DNA of 28,252 bases from Candidatus Xenobia bacterium (lineage in GTDB: Bacteria; Vulcanimicrobiota; Xenobia; Xenobiales; QWHO01): NCBI GenBank assembly GCA_045863235.1, contig BTUM01000097.1, positions 1-28,252 of the forward strand, given 5' to 3'. The translations under genes and the position numbers were made by a program. Position 1 is the stretch's first letter. The number at the start of each line of letters is the position of its first letter. The notes below the pieces were generated by a model, which had not been told where the DNA came from, made no database searches, and saw nothing but the letters and a program-made list of their open reading frames with translations. Shown in pieces: positions 27,096 to 28,252 of this stretch.

Positions 27096-27281
27096 CCGTG
27101 CCGCGAAAGTTAGGCCCAGAGTTCCCGGTACGACCCTCTCTGCCGCGTGCCGCGAAGGTTAGGCCCAGAGTTCCCAGTGCGGCCCTGGCACCGACCTCCT
27201 TGCCCCGTCCCGCGAAGGTTAGGCCCAGAGTTCCCGGTGCGGCACTGGCACCGACCTCCTTGCCCCGTGCCGCGAAAAGTA
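27094..27281. repeat. Tandem repeat, 60-bp unit x ~3
   Basis: CCGCGAA(A/G)GTTAGGCCCAGAGTTCCC at 27101, 27150 and 27210; partial copy at 27270. Confidence 0.92.
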
Positions 27282-27408
27282 CCCCTCGCCCAAATTCCCC
27301 GGTAAACCGCTCGACCCGCGCAGGGGGGCCTTTCGGGGCGAACCTTCAAGCCGTCCGGATCGAAGGCGCTCGCTGAGCGCTGCTTGAACTCTTGATAGCA
27401 TGTCGAAT

Positions 27409-27470
27409 CGGTCAGCTCCTTCAGCTTCCGGGCTATCTGAGGGGTCACGTTGCGAAGGGTGATGACCTTT
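27409..27470 (-). pseudogene. Possible Arc/FitA-like RHH antitoxin N-terminal fragment
   Basis: KVITLRNVTPQIARKLKELT resembles the MxxITLRNIPDE...LK beta-helix start of RHH antitoxins. No proper start codon or continuation. Confidence 0.4.
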
Positions 27471-27566
27471 GTTTGCTCCGTGCTATCGGACGGCAATGCA
27501 GCTGGCCTACTTTTCGGTTCGCCTGGGGTTGCTGGAGGCTACACTAACTCGTGGAGATTATTTTGG

Positions 27567-27791
27567 ATGACTCAAGCCCCCTTTATTGTAGGAATATTCT
27601 TCTTGGCCTATGGCATGTGGATTCTCAAGAGTCCATATACGCTAACTAGATTTAATCCTTACTTTTCGAGACTATCAAGAGACAATACCGAAAACTTCCT
27701 TTCTGTCGCCAGAGCTATTGGCTATATTGTGCTTGCTGCGGGCATATTCACATTTTGTGTGCTGTTCTTGGCAGTGGCGCGCAAGTCTTGA
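27567..27791 (+). CDS. Small two-TM membrane protein (74 aa), AT-rich
   Basis: GGAG upstream of ATG 27567; two hydrophobic helices; markedly lower GC than flanks. Confidence 0.6.
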   Translation: MTQAPFIVGIFFLAYGMWILKSPYTLTRFNPYFSRLSRDNTENFLSVARAIGYIVLAAGIFTFCVLFLAVARKS

Positions 27792-28088
27792 GATTTAAAC
27801 GTGCAGCCCAATCGTCAATCGGGAGAAATCGGACGAATGTCGCGCTCCCGGGGCGGCGATGACGCCGACTCGGGGCCCTCAGCCGGGCGGTGACGCCGGC
27901 CGGGGCCCGGACCACCTCACGAGGCTGGTGGCGGAGGTCTCGTCCGGCGCGGCGTGCGACCTTACGCTTTGCGAAGGGGCCACGCAAGCTCTGATTTCGC
28001 ACGCTTGACTCCTGGCGTGGCCTCTTTGTTTTGGCATCGTCGAAGAGGATGCTCCGTCGCCCGAGGCCCGAGGCAAGTCTTCCCGCAG

Positions 28089-28252
28089 GCCCCGGCGGGA
28101 ACAAACTGGTGTTCGGCCCCCGCGGTTCGAGTCGCCAGCGCGAGCAGACGTTCGTCCCCGGCGGGAACAAACTGGCGTTCGGTCCCCGCGGTTACGAGCC
28201 AGCGCGAGCAGACGTTCGTCCCCGGCGGGAACAAACTGGCGTTCGGCCCCCG
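28089..28252. repeat. Tandem repeat array, 64-66 bp unit, truncated by the window end
   Basis: CCCGGCGGGAACAAACTGG(T/C)GTTCGG at 28091, 28157 and 28221. Confidence 0.93.

Noticed and set aside
28089..28252. CRISPR array at the right end (also the arrays at 5501 and 27094)
   Set aside because: The sequence between conserved cores is itself repeated, so these are tandem repeats.

Overview
GC-rich bacterial DNA that begins and ends inside ~66-68 bp tandem repeat arrays, so the window may be a whole contig. The protein styles weakly suggest Ca. Eremiobacterota/Xenobia or another Terrabacteria lineage (inference only). The core (~4.1-21.1 kb) is a surface-polysaccharide locus with alternating gene orientation. 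It has two Wzx-type flippases, a Wzy-like polymerase, two GNAT-fold proteins, a CE4-type deacetylase, an unknown multi-TM protein, and a module of a sulfatase-like gene, a YIDxGSGS peptide and a NoeA-like kinase-methyltransferase. The most striking feature is a lower-GC ~4.0 kb islet (6207-10183) inside this locus. It sits between two ~140-147 bp direct repeats that duplicate the GNAT 5' end, its extended -10 promoter and the divergent intergenic region. The islet has no visible recombinase, and all its genes lie on the strand read by the duplicated promoter. It encodes a HEPN (RxxxxH) RNase candidate and a coupled TIGR04255-like / unknown / large Cys-rich PIN operon, a candidate undescribed tripartite toxin or anti-phage system. 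Flanking genes are a membrane HExxH metallopeptidase, an FG-GAP lipoprotein with a 32-proline linker, a VWA protein and a secreted protein. Gaps downstream of gene ends hold decayed toxin-antitoxin fragments (mazF, vapC, RHH antitoxins, AAA ATPase). All family calls come from motif recognition by eye; no database was searched.
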